Positions 51,824-61,295 of a stretch of 64,000 bases of DNA are shown piece after piece. The stretch spans positions 84,434 through 148,433 of the forward strand of contig QCUR01000005.1 in assembly GCA_003208875.1 (NCBI GenBank), written 5' to 3'. Origin of the DNA: Prochlorococcus sp. AG-679-M23. Its GTDB lineage: Bacteria; Cyanobacteriota; Cyanobacteriia; PCC-6307; Cyanobiaceae. The position numbers were made by a program, and so were the translations under genes. Each line of letters begins with the position of its first letter. The stretch's first letter is position 1. The notes under the pieces are model-generated. The model searched no databases. It was given only the letters and a program-made list of their open reading frames with translations, and was not told the origin of the DNA.

Positions 51824-53569
51824 ATGAAGAATCTTAAATTAAAAATCATATTTAAGTATTTAAAACCTTACAAAAAAGAATTTTTATATGGTGGGATTGC
51901 ACTCCTAGTAGTGAATATTTTGAGCATTCTAATACCTCTAGAAGTTAAAAACATAATTGATCAACTGAAAGATGGATTTTCCTCGAGTTTCGTCATATCA
52001 AAATCATTATTGCTCATGTTTCTAGCAACATGCATGGGTCTTATAAGATTATTTTCAAGGCAAATTGTATTTGGGATAGGAAGAAAAGTTGAAGTAAATC
52101 TTCGTCAAAAATTATTTGACCATTTACTAATTCAAGACCCCGATTGGATACAAAAAAAAGGTAGTGGAGATATTATTAGTAGGGCTACTAGTGATGTAGA
52201 AAACATTAGAAGACTCTTAGGTTTTACAGTCTTAAGTTTATGTAATATCGTTCTGGCTTATTCTCTAACAATTCCTTCAATGTTATCTATTAATAAAACA
52301 TTGACAATAGCTGCATTAATGATATTTCCAATGATATTAGTAATAGTTAGTTTATTTGGAGGAAGAATGGTAAGTCAAAGAAAGATTCAACAAGAATCAC
52401 TTTCCAAACTAAGTGATTTAATACAAGAAGATTTATCAGGGATAAGCGCTATAAAAATTTATGCACAAGAGGAGGCTGAAAAGAAAGAATTTAATAATTA
52501 CAATAAAGTTTATCGTAATTCAGCTATAAAGCTCGCAAGAACAGCAAGTACATTATTCCCTCTACTGCAAGGTATTTCTTCAATTTCATTATTGATACTT
52601 TTAGGTCTAGGGACCTCTCAACTAGCAAACGGATTTATAACAATTGGTGGACTAGTTGCATTGATATTATTTGTTGAAAGACTTGTTTTTCCAACAGCTC
52701 TATTAGGATTTACATTAAATACTTTTCAATTAGGACAAGTAAGTCTAGATAGAGTTGAAGAGATATTTCAGAACAATCCAAAAATTACTGATAAACCAAA
52801 TGCTAAATTCATAAAGAAAAAAATTAAAGGTACAATTGAGGCAAAAAATTTAAAAATAAAATTCGAAGGTGCAAAATTCAACTCCTTAAATAGATTAAAT
52901 TTCAAAATTAATCCTGGAGAACTTATCGCAATAGTTGGTCCAGTAGGCTGTGGAAAAACAACTTTAGCTAAATCATTAGGTAGAACTATTGAAATACCCG
53001 ATGGACAATTATTTTTAGATGATATTGATATTAAGTATATTAAACTAAGAGATTTAAGAAAACACATTGCTATAGTGCCTCAAGAAGCATTTTTATTTAC
53101 ATCTACAATTTCTGAAAATTTAAAATTTGGTGATCCAAAAGCTTCAAGAAATGTAGTAAAAAGAAGTGCAGTAAACGCAGGATTGATAGATGATATTAAT
53201 AGTTTTCCAGAAGGTTTTAAAACAATTGTAGGTGAAAGAGGTATTACACTGAGTGGTGGTCAACGCCAAAGAACAGCATTAGGAAGAGCACTTTTAGTTG
53301 ATGCTTCTATAGTAGTACTTGATGATGCGTTGGCGAGTGTTGATAATAAAACTGCCGCTAAAATTATCGAGGAGATGAGAGGAAATAAAAGTAAAACTAT
53401 ATTGATGATTAGTCATCAATTATCTGTGGCAGCAACTTGTGATAGGGTACTAGTAATGGACCAAGGTAAAATTGTGCAAGAGGGGATCCATAAAGATTTG
53501 ATTACAACAAATGGACTATATAAAAAACTTTGGGAGAGAGAAATAGCTACTAATAAAATAGTTAGTTGA
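51824..53569 (+). CDS. ABC exporter, fused permease and ATP-binding domains
   Basis: Membrane domain plus GPVGCGKT, LSGGQRQR, LDDALASVD. Confidence 0.93.
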   Translation: MKNLKLKIIFKYLKPYKKEFLYGGIALLVVNILSILIPLEVKNIIDQLKDGFSSSFVISKSLLLMFLATCMGLIRLFSRQIVFGIGRKVEVNLRQKLFDHLLIQDPDWIQKKGSGDIISRATSDVENIRRLLGFTVLSLCNIVLAYSLTIPSMLSINKTLTIAALMIFPMILVIVSLFGGRMVSQRKIQQESLSKLSDLIQEDLSGISAIKIYAQEEAEKKEFNNYNKVYRNSAIKLARTASTLFPLLQGISSISLLILLGLGTSQLANGFITIGGLVALILFVERLVFPTALLGFTLNTFQLGQVSLDRVEEIFQNNPKITDKPNAKFIKKKIKGTIEAKNLKIKFEGAKFNSLNRLNFKINPGELIAIVGPVGCGKTTLAKSLGRTIEIPDGQLFLDDIDIKYIKLRDLRKHIAIVPQEAFLFTSTISENLKFGDPKASRNVVKRSAVNAGLIDDINSFPEGFKTIVGERGITLSGGQRQRTALGRALLVDASIVVLDDALASVDNKTAAKIIEEMRGNKSKTILMISHQLSVAATCDRVLVMDQGKIVQEGIHKDLITTNGLYKKLWEREIATNKIVS

Positions 53570-53600
53570 AAAAGAGTATTAATTAAATGCATACCTAAAG

Positions 53601-54329
53601 ATGTTTGAATTTCTTAAAAAACTTATGACAAACAATGAATCAGTTTCAGCAAAGGAAACAAATTTCCTCCACAGAATATTAAATACTGATATAAAAGAGG
53701 AACTAAAATCTCAAGAGGATGAAATAATATTTGGTTGTGGATGTTTTTGGGGTGCAGAAAAATGTTTTTGGAAACTTCCAGGAGTTATTACAACTTCCGT
53801 TGGTTATGCCGGAGGAGAAAAGAATAACCCTACTTACTATGAAGTCTGCTCTGGTATTACAGGTCATGCAGAAGTCGTTAGGGTTGTTTGGAATGTTAAT
53901 GAAATAGATATTAGTGATTTATTAAAAATGTTCTGGGAATGTCATAATCCAACTCAAAAAAATAGACAAGGTAATGATATAGGAACACAATATAGATCAA
54001 CAATTTACTATAAGAACGACATTAATAAAGACAAAATTTACTCAAGTAAAGAAGCTTACCAAAAAGAACTTTATAAAAATAATTTAGGAATCATAGAAAC
54101 AGAGATTAAAAAAATTGACACTTATTATTACGCTGAAGAATATCATCAGCAGTATTTAGCGGTAGAAGGTAGTAGGCAATATTGTTCGGCATCACCTACA
54201 AAAGTAAAGTTAGGAAATTTCAATAACTGTAATTACAAACTTCCAACAAAAATATGGGATAATTTCAATTGGGACATTGATAAATGTGTATTGAGATCTA
54301 ACAATAAACCTATAGATATTAACAATTAA
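53601..54329 (+). CDS. msrA: Peptide methionine sulfoxide reductase A
   Basis: GCFWG, TGHAEVV, GTQYRS, AEEYHQQY. Confidence 0.96.
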   Translation: MFEFLKKLMTNNESVSAKETNFLHRILNTDIKEELKSQEDEIIFGCGCFWGAEKCFWKLPGVITTSVGYAGGEKNNPTYYEVCSGITGHAEVVRVVWNVNEIDISDLLKMFWECHNPTQKNRQGNDIGTQYRSTIYYKNDINKDKIYSSKEAYQKELYKNNLGIIETEIKKIDTYYYAEEYHQQYLAVEGSRQYCSASPTKVKLGNFNNCNYKLPTKIWDNFNWDIDKCVLRSNNKPIDINN

Positions 54330-54356
54330 AAGCCTTTTATATTTATAGTAAAAATA

Positions 54357-54430
54357 CGGGGCGTAGCGCAGCTTGGTAGCGCACCACTTTGGGGTAGTGG
54401 GGGTCGTGGGTTCAAATCCCGCCGTTCCGA
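54357..54430 (+). tRNA. tRNA-Pro(GGG)
   Basis: CGGGGCGTAGCGCAGCTTGGTAGCGCA CCACT-TTGGGGT-AGTGG ...GTTCAAATC...CCGA. Confidence 0.97.
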
Positions 54431-54589
54431 TTAAGATTCAGTATCGTCTTTGTTTATTAGTGATTTGTACAACTTATAAGAACTTATTCCAACAGCGATA
54501 AAAGTAAATGAAGAAAAAATTGCACATATAATGATTGTAAGATTTGAAACTTCAACCTCTCCTAGTTGATATGATATAAAAAAAATCAT
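54431..54589 (-). CDS. Small single-TM protein, 52 aa (not in ORF track)
   Basis: MIFFISYQLGEVEVSNLTIIICAIFSSFTFIAVGISSYKLYKSLINKDDTES*. Confidence 0.5.
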   Translation of the reverse strand: MIFFISYQLGEVEVSNLTIIICAIFSSFTFIAVGISSYKLYKSLINKDDTES

Positions 54590-54640
54590 CCGTAAAATAA
54601 TATTTAAAAAACACTAACATAGAAATGTTGATTTAATTTC

Positions 54641-55441
54641 CTATAAATTGAAAAGAATCAAGATTCCGAATATTAAACGATAATAAACAAATATTTTGAG
54701 TCCATGAGAGGAAACATACTTTATTAAAAAATTGATGGCTAATAGAGAAGAGAAGAAAGCTGTAATTAATCCAGCAAAAAGAGGAAGTAATGGAAATGCT
54801 GAAAATTGATTTACTGCACTAAAAAACTCAACAAAAGCTGCTAATGATATTGAAGGAATACCAAGAAGGAATGAAAATTTAGCTGCATCTTTTCTATTCC
54901 ATCCAGATAAAAGAGCCATAGAAATAGTGGCTCCTGAACGAGATACTCCTGGAACAATTGCAAAGGCTTGAGCAATTCCTATATATAAGCTGTTTGGATA
55001 TTTATGATTGTTTAAATTAATTGATTTCTTAGTCGAAATATCTGCAAAAAGCATTATTAAAGACATCAATATAGATACTAAAGCTATTGAAAGATTTGAA
55101 CGTAAAAATGAATCAGAGAATCCTGGAACAAATAGCTTTATAATTCCACCAATAAAAACAATTGGAATTGTACCTATAAAGATAGATTTATTTAATTTAT
55201 TAAACAGAAATGAATAACTTGGTTTTCTAAAGTTTGTATTTTTGAAATTAAAAATACTATTCCTAAAATACCAAAATATTGCAAAAACACTTCCAATCTG
55301 TATGATTGCAGATACAGAAGAGCCAGGATCATTAATTCCAAATACTATAGATATGATTTTTAAATGAGCAGTGCTACTTACTGGAATAAATTCTGTTAAA
55401 CCTTGAATTATTCCATAAAAAATAAACTTTAAAAATTCCAA
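54641..55441 (-). CDS. uppP: Undecaprenyl-diphosphatase
   Basis: QGLTEFIPVSSTAH, PGVSRSGAT. Confidence 0.95.
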   Translation of the reverse strand: MEFLKFIFYGIIQGLTEFIPVSSTAHLKIISIVFGINDPGSSVSAIIQIGSVFAIFWYFRNSIFNFKNTNFRKPSYSFLFNKLNKSIFIGTIPIVFIGGIIKLFVPGFSDSFLRSNLSIALVSILMSLIMLFADISTKKSINLNNHKYPNSLYIGIAQAFAIVPGVSRSGATISMALLSGWNRKDAAKFSFLLGIPSISLAAFVEFFSAVNQFSAFPLLPLFAGLITAFFSSLLAINFLIKYVSSHGLKIFVYYRLIFGILILFNL

Positions 55442-55530
55442 TAGTATAAATTCAAAATATTTCCAATAATAATATCAATTAAAAATAATACAATTTACAT
55501 TATTAGAAGAAAAGGTAAGGTATTAATATT

Positions 55531-55809
55531 ATGAAAAAATTTGTTTTTAAAATATTTGTCTTCGTAAGTCTTTTTATGTTTTCTGATGCAGTAAAAGCAA
55601 ATTATTGGCTAGTGATTGGAACTTACAGACAAGGTCCAGGAGGCAGACCTGAGGTAAGTGGAATAACAAGCCCATCATTACATACTATTCCAATGAAAGA
55701 TATGGAAACTTGTGAAAAAGCAGGGAATAAAATTTCTAAAGAAATTTATACTCCAGTATGGCAATTTGATAATAAATGGACTTGTATATATAGCGGAAAC
55801 TCTAAATAA
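55531..55809 (+). CDS. Small exported hypothetical protein
   Basis: Signal peptide ending VKA; two Cys. Confidence 0.7.
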   Translation: MKKFVFKIFVFVSLFMFSDAVKANYWLVIGTYRQGPGGRPEVSGITSPSLHTIPMKDMETCEKAGNKISKEIYTPVWQFDNKWTCIYSGNSK

Positions 55810-55811
55810 AA

Positions 55812-55946
55812 TTATCTTTTTACATCGTGAGCACAACCGTCACCCTTATAATTTTCACTTTCGTAAAAATTATTTTTTGTCCCAAAATATGCTGTTAATA
55901 ATACAAAAGGCATACTAATAATAAAAAGTACTACAGAAAGATCCAT
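55812..55946 (-). CDS. ndhP: NDH-1L small subunit NdhP (not in ORF track)
   Basis: MDLSVVLFIISMPFVLLTAYFGTKNNFYESENYKGDGCAHDVKR matches the FGT.N.FY....Y.G.G.AH signature. Confidence 0.9.
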   Translation of the reverse strand: MDLSVVLFIISMPFVLLTAYFGTKNNFYESENYKGDGCAHDVKR

Positions 55947-55975
55947 CTTAAATCGATATATTTATTATTTTTATA

Positions 55976-56101
55976 TTAATAATCTGTAGGTCCTTTCAAT
56001 CCCAGATAAAAAAATGCTCCAAGACCAATCAAAACTAGAACACCGGCAATAGCGGCAGAAGGAACAAATCCTCCTATAGCAAAAGAAGCAAATCCAATCA
56101 T
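55976..56101 (-). CDS. 41-aa Gly/Ala-rich single-TM microprotein (not in ORF track)
   Basis: MIGFASFAIGGFVPSAAIAGVLVLIGLGAFFYLGLKGPTDY*; more GC-rich than its flanks. Confidence 0.7.
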   Translation of the reverse strand: MIGFASFAIGGFVPSAAIAGVLVLIGLGAFFYLGLKGPTDY

Positions 56102-56192
56102 TATAATAAATCAATTATATTTCAATAATATCAATAAAAATAACCTAGGTCTTAAAAAATTCTGACTCGAAGACAATTAATAATCATCAAAA

Positions 56193-56420
56193 TTAAGCAA
56201 CTAGAGTTGCATCTTCATTTTCAGAAGAAATTCTTATCCTTTCTTCTAGTTTAGGACCATATAATTCATTACCCCAAATTTCAACTCTAGAATCATTAGG
56301 AGCTGTAAAAGACAAAATATCTGTAGGAAATAGCACTCTTTCTAAAAAGAAATTAGAAGGGCCTATACACCTTAAAACAACCATTCTAGAGCCTTCATTT
56401 TTATAAGAAAACTCAACCAT
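56193..56420 (-). CDS. DUF1830-like protein
   Basis: Y.N...MVVLRCIGP..FFLERVLFP....F.AP..SRVEIW. Confidence 0.8.
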   Translation of the reverse strand: MVEFSYKNEGSRMVVLRCIGPSNFFLERVLFPTDILSFTAPNDSRVEIWGNELYGPKLEERIRISSENEDATLVA

Positions 56421-56474
56421 GTAAAAACAATTAAAATAATTTTTAATTAAACACTAAGTAAATTGATCTAGAAT

Positions 56475-56488
56475 GTATAAAAAATCAC
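56475..56488 (-). promoter_or_regulatory. Putative NtcA site upstream of the DUF1830-like gene
   Basis: GTG-ATTTTTTA-TAC on the minus strand, 54 nt before the ATG. Confidence 0.55.
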
Positions 56489-56499
56489 TAAATAAAAAA

Positions 56500-57456
56500 T
56501 TATTTAGAGATTTGTTGATTTAATCCAACTCTAATTAACTTTCTCTCTTGATTTATCATCAATAAAACATCTGAGTTGATATCGTCAAAACTTTTATGTG
56601 GGATAGAAACATTTAACATTCGAAGAAAATTACTCAAATTATCATCTTTAAGAGAACTTCCACTTTTAAACTGCATACTTTTTTCTTGATTAGATTTCCA
56701 TTCATTCAAATATTCAAATTTCAAAGGTTTTAAATGCCAAATTTTATCAATCATATTCCAAATGTCTAAATATTTATCTAAATTATTTTGTATTTTAATT
56801 CTGTAAGAAGATTCACAAACACTTAATGGAGGTGAAAATTTTTCAGAATTATCTAAATCTATAGATAAAGGTTTAACACCTAAAAACCATCCTTCAATTA
56901 TCAACAAATCAGGAGATTCTTCCCTCCAATGGGCTCTATCACCTAGACCATTTCTTAATGATTTATCAAAAACAGGTACATTTAATTGTCCATCAGTTTT
57001 CCATTTAAGTAATTTATCTTTCATTAAATTAATCGAGTGACTGCCAGGAAAACCTCGAGATACATTCCATGGATTATTTTTAATAGCAAACTCCATTTCT
57101 TCAGAAGGTAGATAAAAATCATCAATAGAAATAACAGATAACTTAAATTTTAATTTTATAGATATACTCTCCAACCATTTTCCTAAAGTAGTTTTCCCTG
57201 TACCAGGTAAAGCAGATATTCCAATAATTTTTCTCTCAGGAGATTTTTTATTTAATTTATATGCTTGTGATAAAAGGGGTAAAGCTAATCCCCAAATCCA
57301 ATCATCTTTTACATTATCATCCCAAAATTTATTAATTGAAAGCATCTCTTTCTTCAGATTCCAAAACATAATCCATTCATCTAATGAACTCCATCCAATT
57401 TGAGAAATTAATTTTTCAAAATCATCTAATGGAAATTCAATATTTAAATCTTTCAT
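56500..57456 (-). CDS. P-loop kinase, plant-type D-glycerate 3-kinase (GLYK)-like
   Basis: PGTGKTT, SIDDFY, RGFPGSH, PVFDKSL..G.GDR, EGWFLG. Confidence 0.75.
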   Translation of the reverse strand: MKDLNIEFPLDDFEKLISQIGWSSLDEWIMFWNLKKEMLSINKFWDDNVKDDWIWGLALPLLSQAYKLNKKSPERKIIGISALPGTGKTTLGKWLESISIKLKFKLSVISIDDFYLPSEEMEFAIKNNPWNVSRGFPGSHSINLMKDKLLKWKTDGQLNVPVFDKSLRNGLGDRAHWREESPDLLIIEGWFLGVKPLSIDLDNSEKFSPPLSVCESSYRIKIQNNLDKYLDIWNMIDKIWHLKPLKFEYLNEWKSNQEKSMQFKSGSSLKDDNLSNFLRMLNVSIPHKSFDDINSDVLLMINQERKLIRVGLNQQISK

Positions 57457-58256
57457 TATTTACCTAATACTAAATTATTTATTAACTTATTTATTTCACT
57501 TTTCCAACCATAACCATTTGGATCAGTCGCAAGGATAAATTTATGATTATTTAATTTCTCCAATAATTCCAAATTTGGTCCTTCAGGCCCAGGAATCACA
57601 ATTCTGTAATCTGAATTCAACAATAAAGGTAAATCATTAGGAGAATCTCCTAGACCAATAATTTTAATATTCGGATTATTTGAATATTTTTTGAGAGCAT
57701 TTATAGCTTTCCCCTTGTTTGAATTAATTGACAACATGTGACTCATCCTATTACCTTTAAAAATTTCTACACCAAATCTTTTACAACAAATATTAATGTC
57801 TTCTTCCTTGTTTTCAGGAGGATTTAAGAATGGCATACTCCAGTGTCTATCTCTCATTAAATAAAGAGAATGGCCTTTTAATCCAGTTAGTTCTGTTGCC
57901 TCTTGGTCAGAAATATTGTTGAGTGGTTGTAAATCATAGTTAATTTCTTTAGAAATACTGCTTAAAATATTTTCAAGTATTTCGTATTTCTCTCCAAGAA
58001 TAATCTCACCATTAACTTTCTTTAATGTTTCTCCATATATTGCTGCACCATTTTCAACAATATATGGATCAGTTAAGTTAAGTTGCTTTCTAATAACCTT
58101 TACCTCAGCGGCGGTTTTACTGGTACATAGTATTACTGGCACAGATAATTCCTGAAGTAATTTTATAGTTTCTTTTGCTGGGGATAAATCATAAGAATGG
58201 TCCATTAATGTTCCATCAACATCACTAACGACCCATAAGGAAGAATTTTCAATCAT
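57456..58256 (-). CDS. gpgP: Glucosyl/mannosyl-3-phosphoglycerate phosphatase (HAD-IIB)
   Basis: DVDGTL, CTSKT, ENGA, GDSPND. Confidence 0.85.
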   Translation of the reverse strand: MIENSSLWVVSDVDGTLMDHSYDLSPAKETIKLLQELSVPVILCTSKTAAEVKVIRKQLNLTDPYIVENGAAIYGETLKKVNGEIILGEKYEILENILSSISKEINYDLQPLNNISDQEATELTGLKGHSLYLMRDRHWSMPFLNPPENKEEDINICCKRFGVEIFKGNRMSHMLSINSNKGKAINALKKYSNNPNIKIIGLGDSPNDLPLLLNSDYRIVIPGPEGPNLELLEKLNNHKFILATDPNGYGWKSEINKLINNLVLGK

Positions 58257-60018
58257 CGATTAAAAAACCAAGCCAAATAACTTGAAAAGGATCAAGTTCA
58301 ATGTTATTAGAATTATATTTATTAGATGTTAAATAATCCTGCATATTTAAATCATTTTTAATCAATTTATTAAATTCATAATCAATAAACCTGTAGTTAA
58401 TTTTATTTTCAGTCATATTATGAATTATGAAAACAGCTTTTGAACCAATACCCCTTTTAATTACAACAATATCAGCTCTATTTTTAGATAAACATTCCAT
58501 CTGAGACTGAGGATGGAATTGAGGTAATTTTGATCTAACATCCATTGCATGTCGGAGATATCTAAGATTTTTATTAGCATTAGATTCAGGATTTTTAAAA
58601 ACAGCTTCTAGTTTCTCTGATTTAAATTTTTCTCTATTTAAATCTCTTCTTTGACCAGTCATTGAAAAACTTTTTATATCATTTTCCGAAGCAAGCAATG
58701 CTGGTAGATAAAAAGCAGGAACGCCTTTTAAAGACATCACCAGTAATTGGGTTAATAAAAACCTCTCATATTGAAAACGATTTGAATCTCTACCTGGATC
58801 TTCCATTGCACTCCACCAACTGATATTTAATTCATATGGTTTATCTTCACCATTTGATAATCTTCTATGACTTACAAGTCCACCTCTTTTCTCACAATTA
58901 ATCAACAATTCTTTAATTCTTTGTTCATTCATAAGGCCCTCTAAAGCCCTTAATCCAACGCCATCATGAGAAGCAGTAAAATTAAATAAAGTCGTAGTTT
59001 CGGGTAACTCTGGCCAATCACAAATCCATGAATTTAAAATATCTGCTCTTGAAGTGATTATTGATTCTAAAAGAAGAGGAGGCAGAGGAAAATTATAAGC
59101 CATATCCGCCTCATCTTTAGGGATTAAATAAGAAAGATTTTCCTTCTGAGGCACGTTTGTTTCAGTAATTAATACCCCATCTTTCAGAAGATCATTAAGT
59201 AGTATTCTTAAGATTTTTACTATTGAATGTGCTTTTGGTAAATGCAAACATGTTGTCCCAGGTTCCTTCCAAATAAAACCTACTGCATCAAGTCTCAACC
59301 ATTTAATACCATTTGATAAATAAGTAATTATCAAGTTAAGAAACTCTACAGTCATTTTGGGATTAAGCCAATTCAAATCAACTTGATCTGGTCCAAAAGT
59401 TGTCCAGACTTGTTTTTGTCCATCTTCTGTATTTATTTGGGAGAAAAGAGATGAACTTCTTGGTCTGATAACATTTTTCCAGTCAAGATCTTGTGAAGGA
59501 GAAAAGACATTAGACAATCCTGGTTCTTGACATTTAATAAATTGCTGAACCCATAGATGAGATGATGAAACATGATTTAAAACTAAATCAGCCATTAAAT
59601 AATGATTATTAGAAATTCTATTCAGATCCTCCCAACTACCAAATTTTTCTTCTAAAGACTTATGACTTGATACAGCAAATCCACCATCACTAGTTGATTT
59701 TAGAAATGGAAGAATATGAACTACCTTTGATAAACTTCCAAAATATTTACCAAGTAATTCTTGAAGCGTTACAAGTGTAGCTTCTCCTTTTTTATATACC
59801 CCATCTGCGTATGTAATTAAAACAGCATACGATTCATCCCATTTTTTATCTTCACTTATTTCTTCATAACGAGACTTCTCTGAGAAATTATCTAAAATCT
59901 GCAATAATTGATTACAAATAAAGTTAAGCTCTTCGGTAGTATGATCATTATAAATTGTTTCCAACAATTTACTAAGCCTTAATCTATCAAATTTTTTCTC
60001 TGAATCAATTTGCGTCAC
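58249..60018 (-). CDS. GH13_18 phosphorylase, glucosylglycerate phosphorylase-like
   Basis: LITYAD, HILPF, DLVLNH, RLDAV, ITETNVP, ASHDG, YELN; GTG start. Confidence 0.85.
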   Translation of the reverse strand: MTQIDSEKKFDRLRLSKLLETIYNDHTTEELNFICNQLLQILDNFSEKSRYEEISEDKKWDESYAVLITYADGVYKKGEATLVTLQELLGKYFGSLSKVVHILPFLKSTSDGGFAVSSHKSLEEKFGSWEDLNRISNNHYLMADLVLNHVSSSHLWVQQFIKCQEPGLSNVFSPSQDLDWKNVIRPRSSSLFSQINTEDGQKQVWTTFGPDQVDLNWLNPKMTVEFLNLIITYLSNGIKWLRLDAVGFIWKEPGTTCLHLPKAHSIVKILRILLNDLLKDGVLITETNVPQKENLSYLIPKDEADMAYNFPLPPLLLESIITSRADILNSWICDWPELPETTTLFNFTASHDGVGLRALEGLMNEQRIKELLINCEKRGGLVSHRRLSNGEDKPYELNISWWSAMEDPGRDSNRFQYERFLLTQLLVMSLKGVPAFYLPALLASENDIKSFSMTGQRRDLNREKFKSEKLEAVFKNPESNANKNLRYLRHAMDVRSKLPQFHPQSQMECLSKNRADIVVIKRGIGSKAVFIIHNMTENKINYRFIDYEFNKLIKNDLNMQDYLTSNKYNSNNIELDPFQVIWLGFLIDD

Positions 60019-60068
60019 TTTGAAAAAATTATCGAAGTATTAACACTATTCTGCACATCAAATAGAAA

Positions 60069-61295
60069 ATGGACTTTCAACAAGGTTTAATCACAACAAT
60101 ACATGAATATGGTGTCACTAAGGATCTACTTAAAGAATTAAATAAAAGTCTTAAGAAAAGATCTACAGCAATATTAATTCCTTGTCTTTATGAAGAATTT
60201 GAACGACCTGCGCTAAGAGACATTAAAGAAGTTTTAAAAAATCTTACTGGATTAAATGAATTAGTTATTGCTCTATCAGCAAAAACTGCAGATCAAGTAA
60301 ATTCTGCAAAGTCATTTTTTGATTCAATGCCATTTCCTGTTCATATTCAATGGACAAATTCTCCATCCGTAATAGAACTATTAAAAAATCAAGAAAAAAA
60401 TGGATTAGAGCTTCTTGGAACCCCAGGAAAAGGATGGGCAGTATGGCAAGGAATAGGGGTTGCGACAAGACAGTCTGACGTAGTTGCTTTATTTGATGCT
60501 GACATAAGAACATTCACCCCATTATATCCATCAAGAATGATTCTCCCCTTGTTAGACGAATCATATGGAATTTCCTACGTAAAAGCCTTCTATAGTCGAT
60601 TATCATTAGAAACAAATCAATTACAAGGAAGAGCAACGAGATTATTTGTAGGTCCTTTATTGGCAAGTTTAGAGCAGTTAGTTGGCAATGGACCGTTCTT
60701 GCAGTATTTACAATCCTTTAGATATCCTCTTGCTGGTGAATTTGCATTTACAAAAGATTTAGCTATGAATTTAAGAATTCCATGTGATTGGGGATTAGAG
60801 ATAGGTCTTCTATCAGAGGTTTATAGGAATGTCAGAACTTCAAAAATAGCTCAAGTAGACCTTGGATTATTTGATCATAAACATAAAACTATAGGATTAT
60901 CTTCTAAGGAGGGTCTTCAAAAGATGTGCACAGAAATTCTATCTAGTGTCTTAAGAGGACTTATGGAACATCAAGCTCAGACTATAACAAGCACTCAATT
61001 ATCAACACTTGAAGTTCTTTATAAAAGAGTAGGAGAAGATAGAGTTAAACAATTTGGACTAGATTCTGCAGTTAATAAGCTTCCATATGACAGACATGAA
61101 GAGGAATTGTCTGTTCAAAAATTTGCAAAATTATTAAGACCTGCTACTCAAGGTTACTTAGCAAATCCAACAACTCAACAACTACCTAGTTGGTCAAGAG
61201 TTCTCTCATGTGAGAATAAGCTGCAAGAAGATTTAGCGAATGCGGGATCTAAAGAAATAAATACAACTAAAAAAGAGTTAATTAATAACTACTAA
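60069..61295 (+). CDS. gpgS: Glucosyl-3-phosphoglycerate synthase
   Basis: GKG.AVW, DADI, GRATRL, YPLAGEF, WGLEIG; sits beside the GpgP-like phosphatase. Confidence 0.85.
   Translation: MDFQQGLITTIHEYGVTKDLLKELNKSLKKRSTAILIPCLYEEFERPALRDIKEVLKNLTGLNELVIALSAKTADQVNSAKSFFDSMPFPVHIQWTNSPSVIELLKNQEKNGLELLGTPGKGWAVWQGIGVATRQSDVVALFDADIRTFTPLYPSRMILPLLDESYGISYVKAFYSRLSLETNQLQGRATRLFVGPLLASLEQLVGNGPFLQYLQSFRYPLAGEFAFTKDLAMNLRIPCDWGLEIGLLSEVYRNVRTSKIAQVDLGLFDHKHKTIGLSSKEGLQKMCTEILSSVLRGLMEHQAQTITSTQLSTLEVLYKRVGEDRVKQFGLDSAVNKLPYDRHEEELSVQKFAKLLRPATQGYLANPTTQQLPSWSRVLSCENKLQEDLANAGSKEINTTKKELINNY

Noticed and set aside
55712..55918. 68-aa plus-strand ORF
   Set aside because: Overlaps the 55531-55809 gene and is antisense to ndhP
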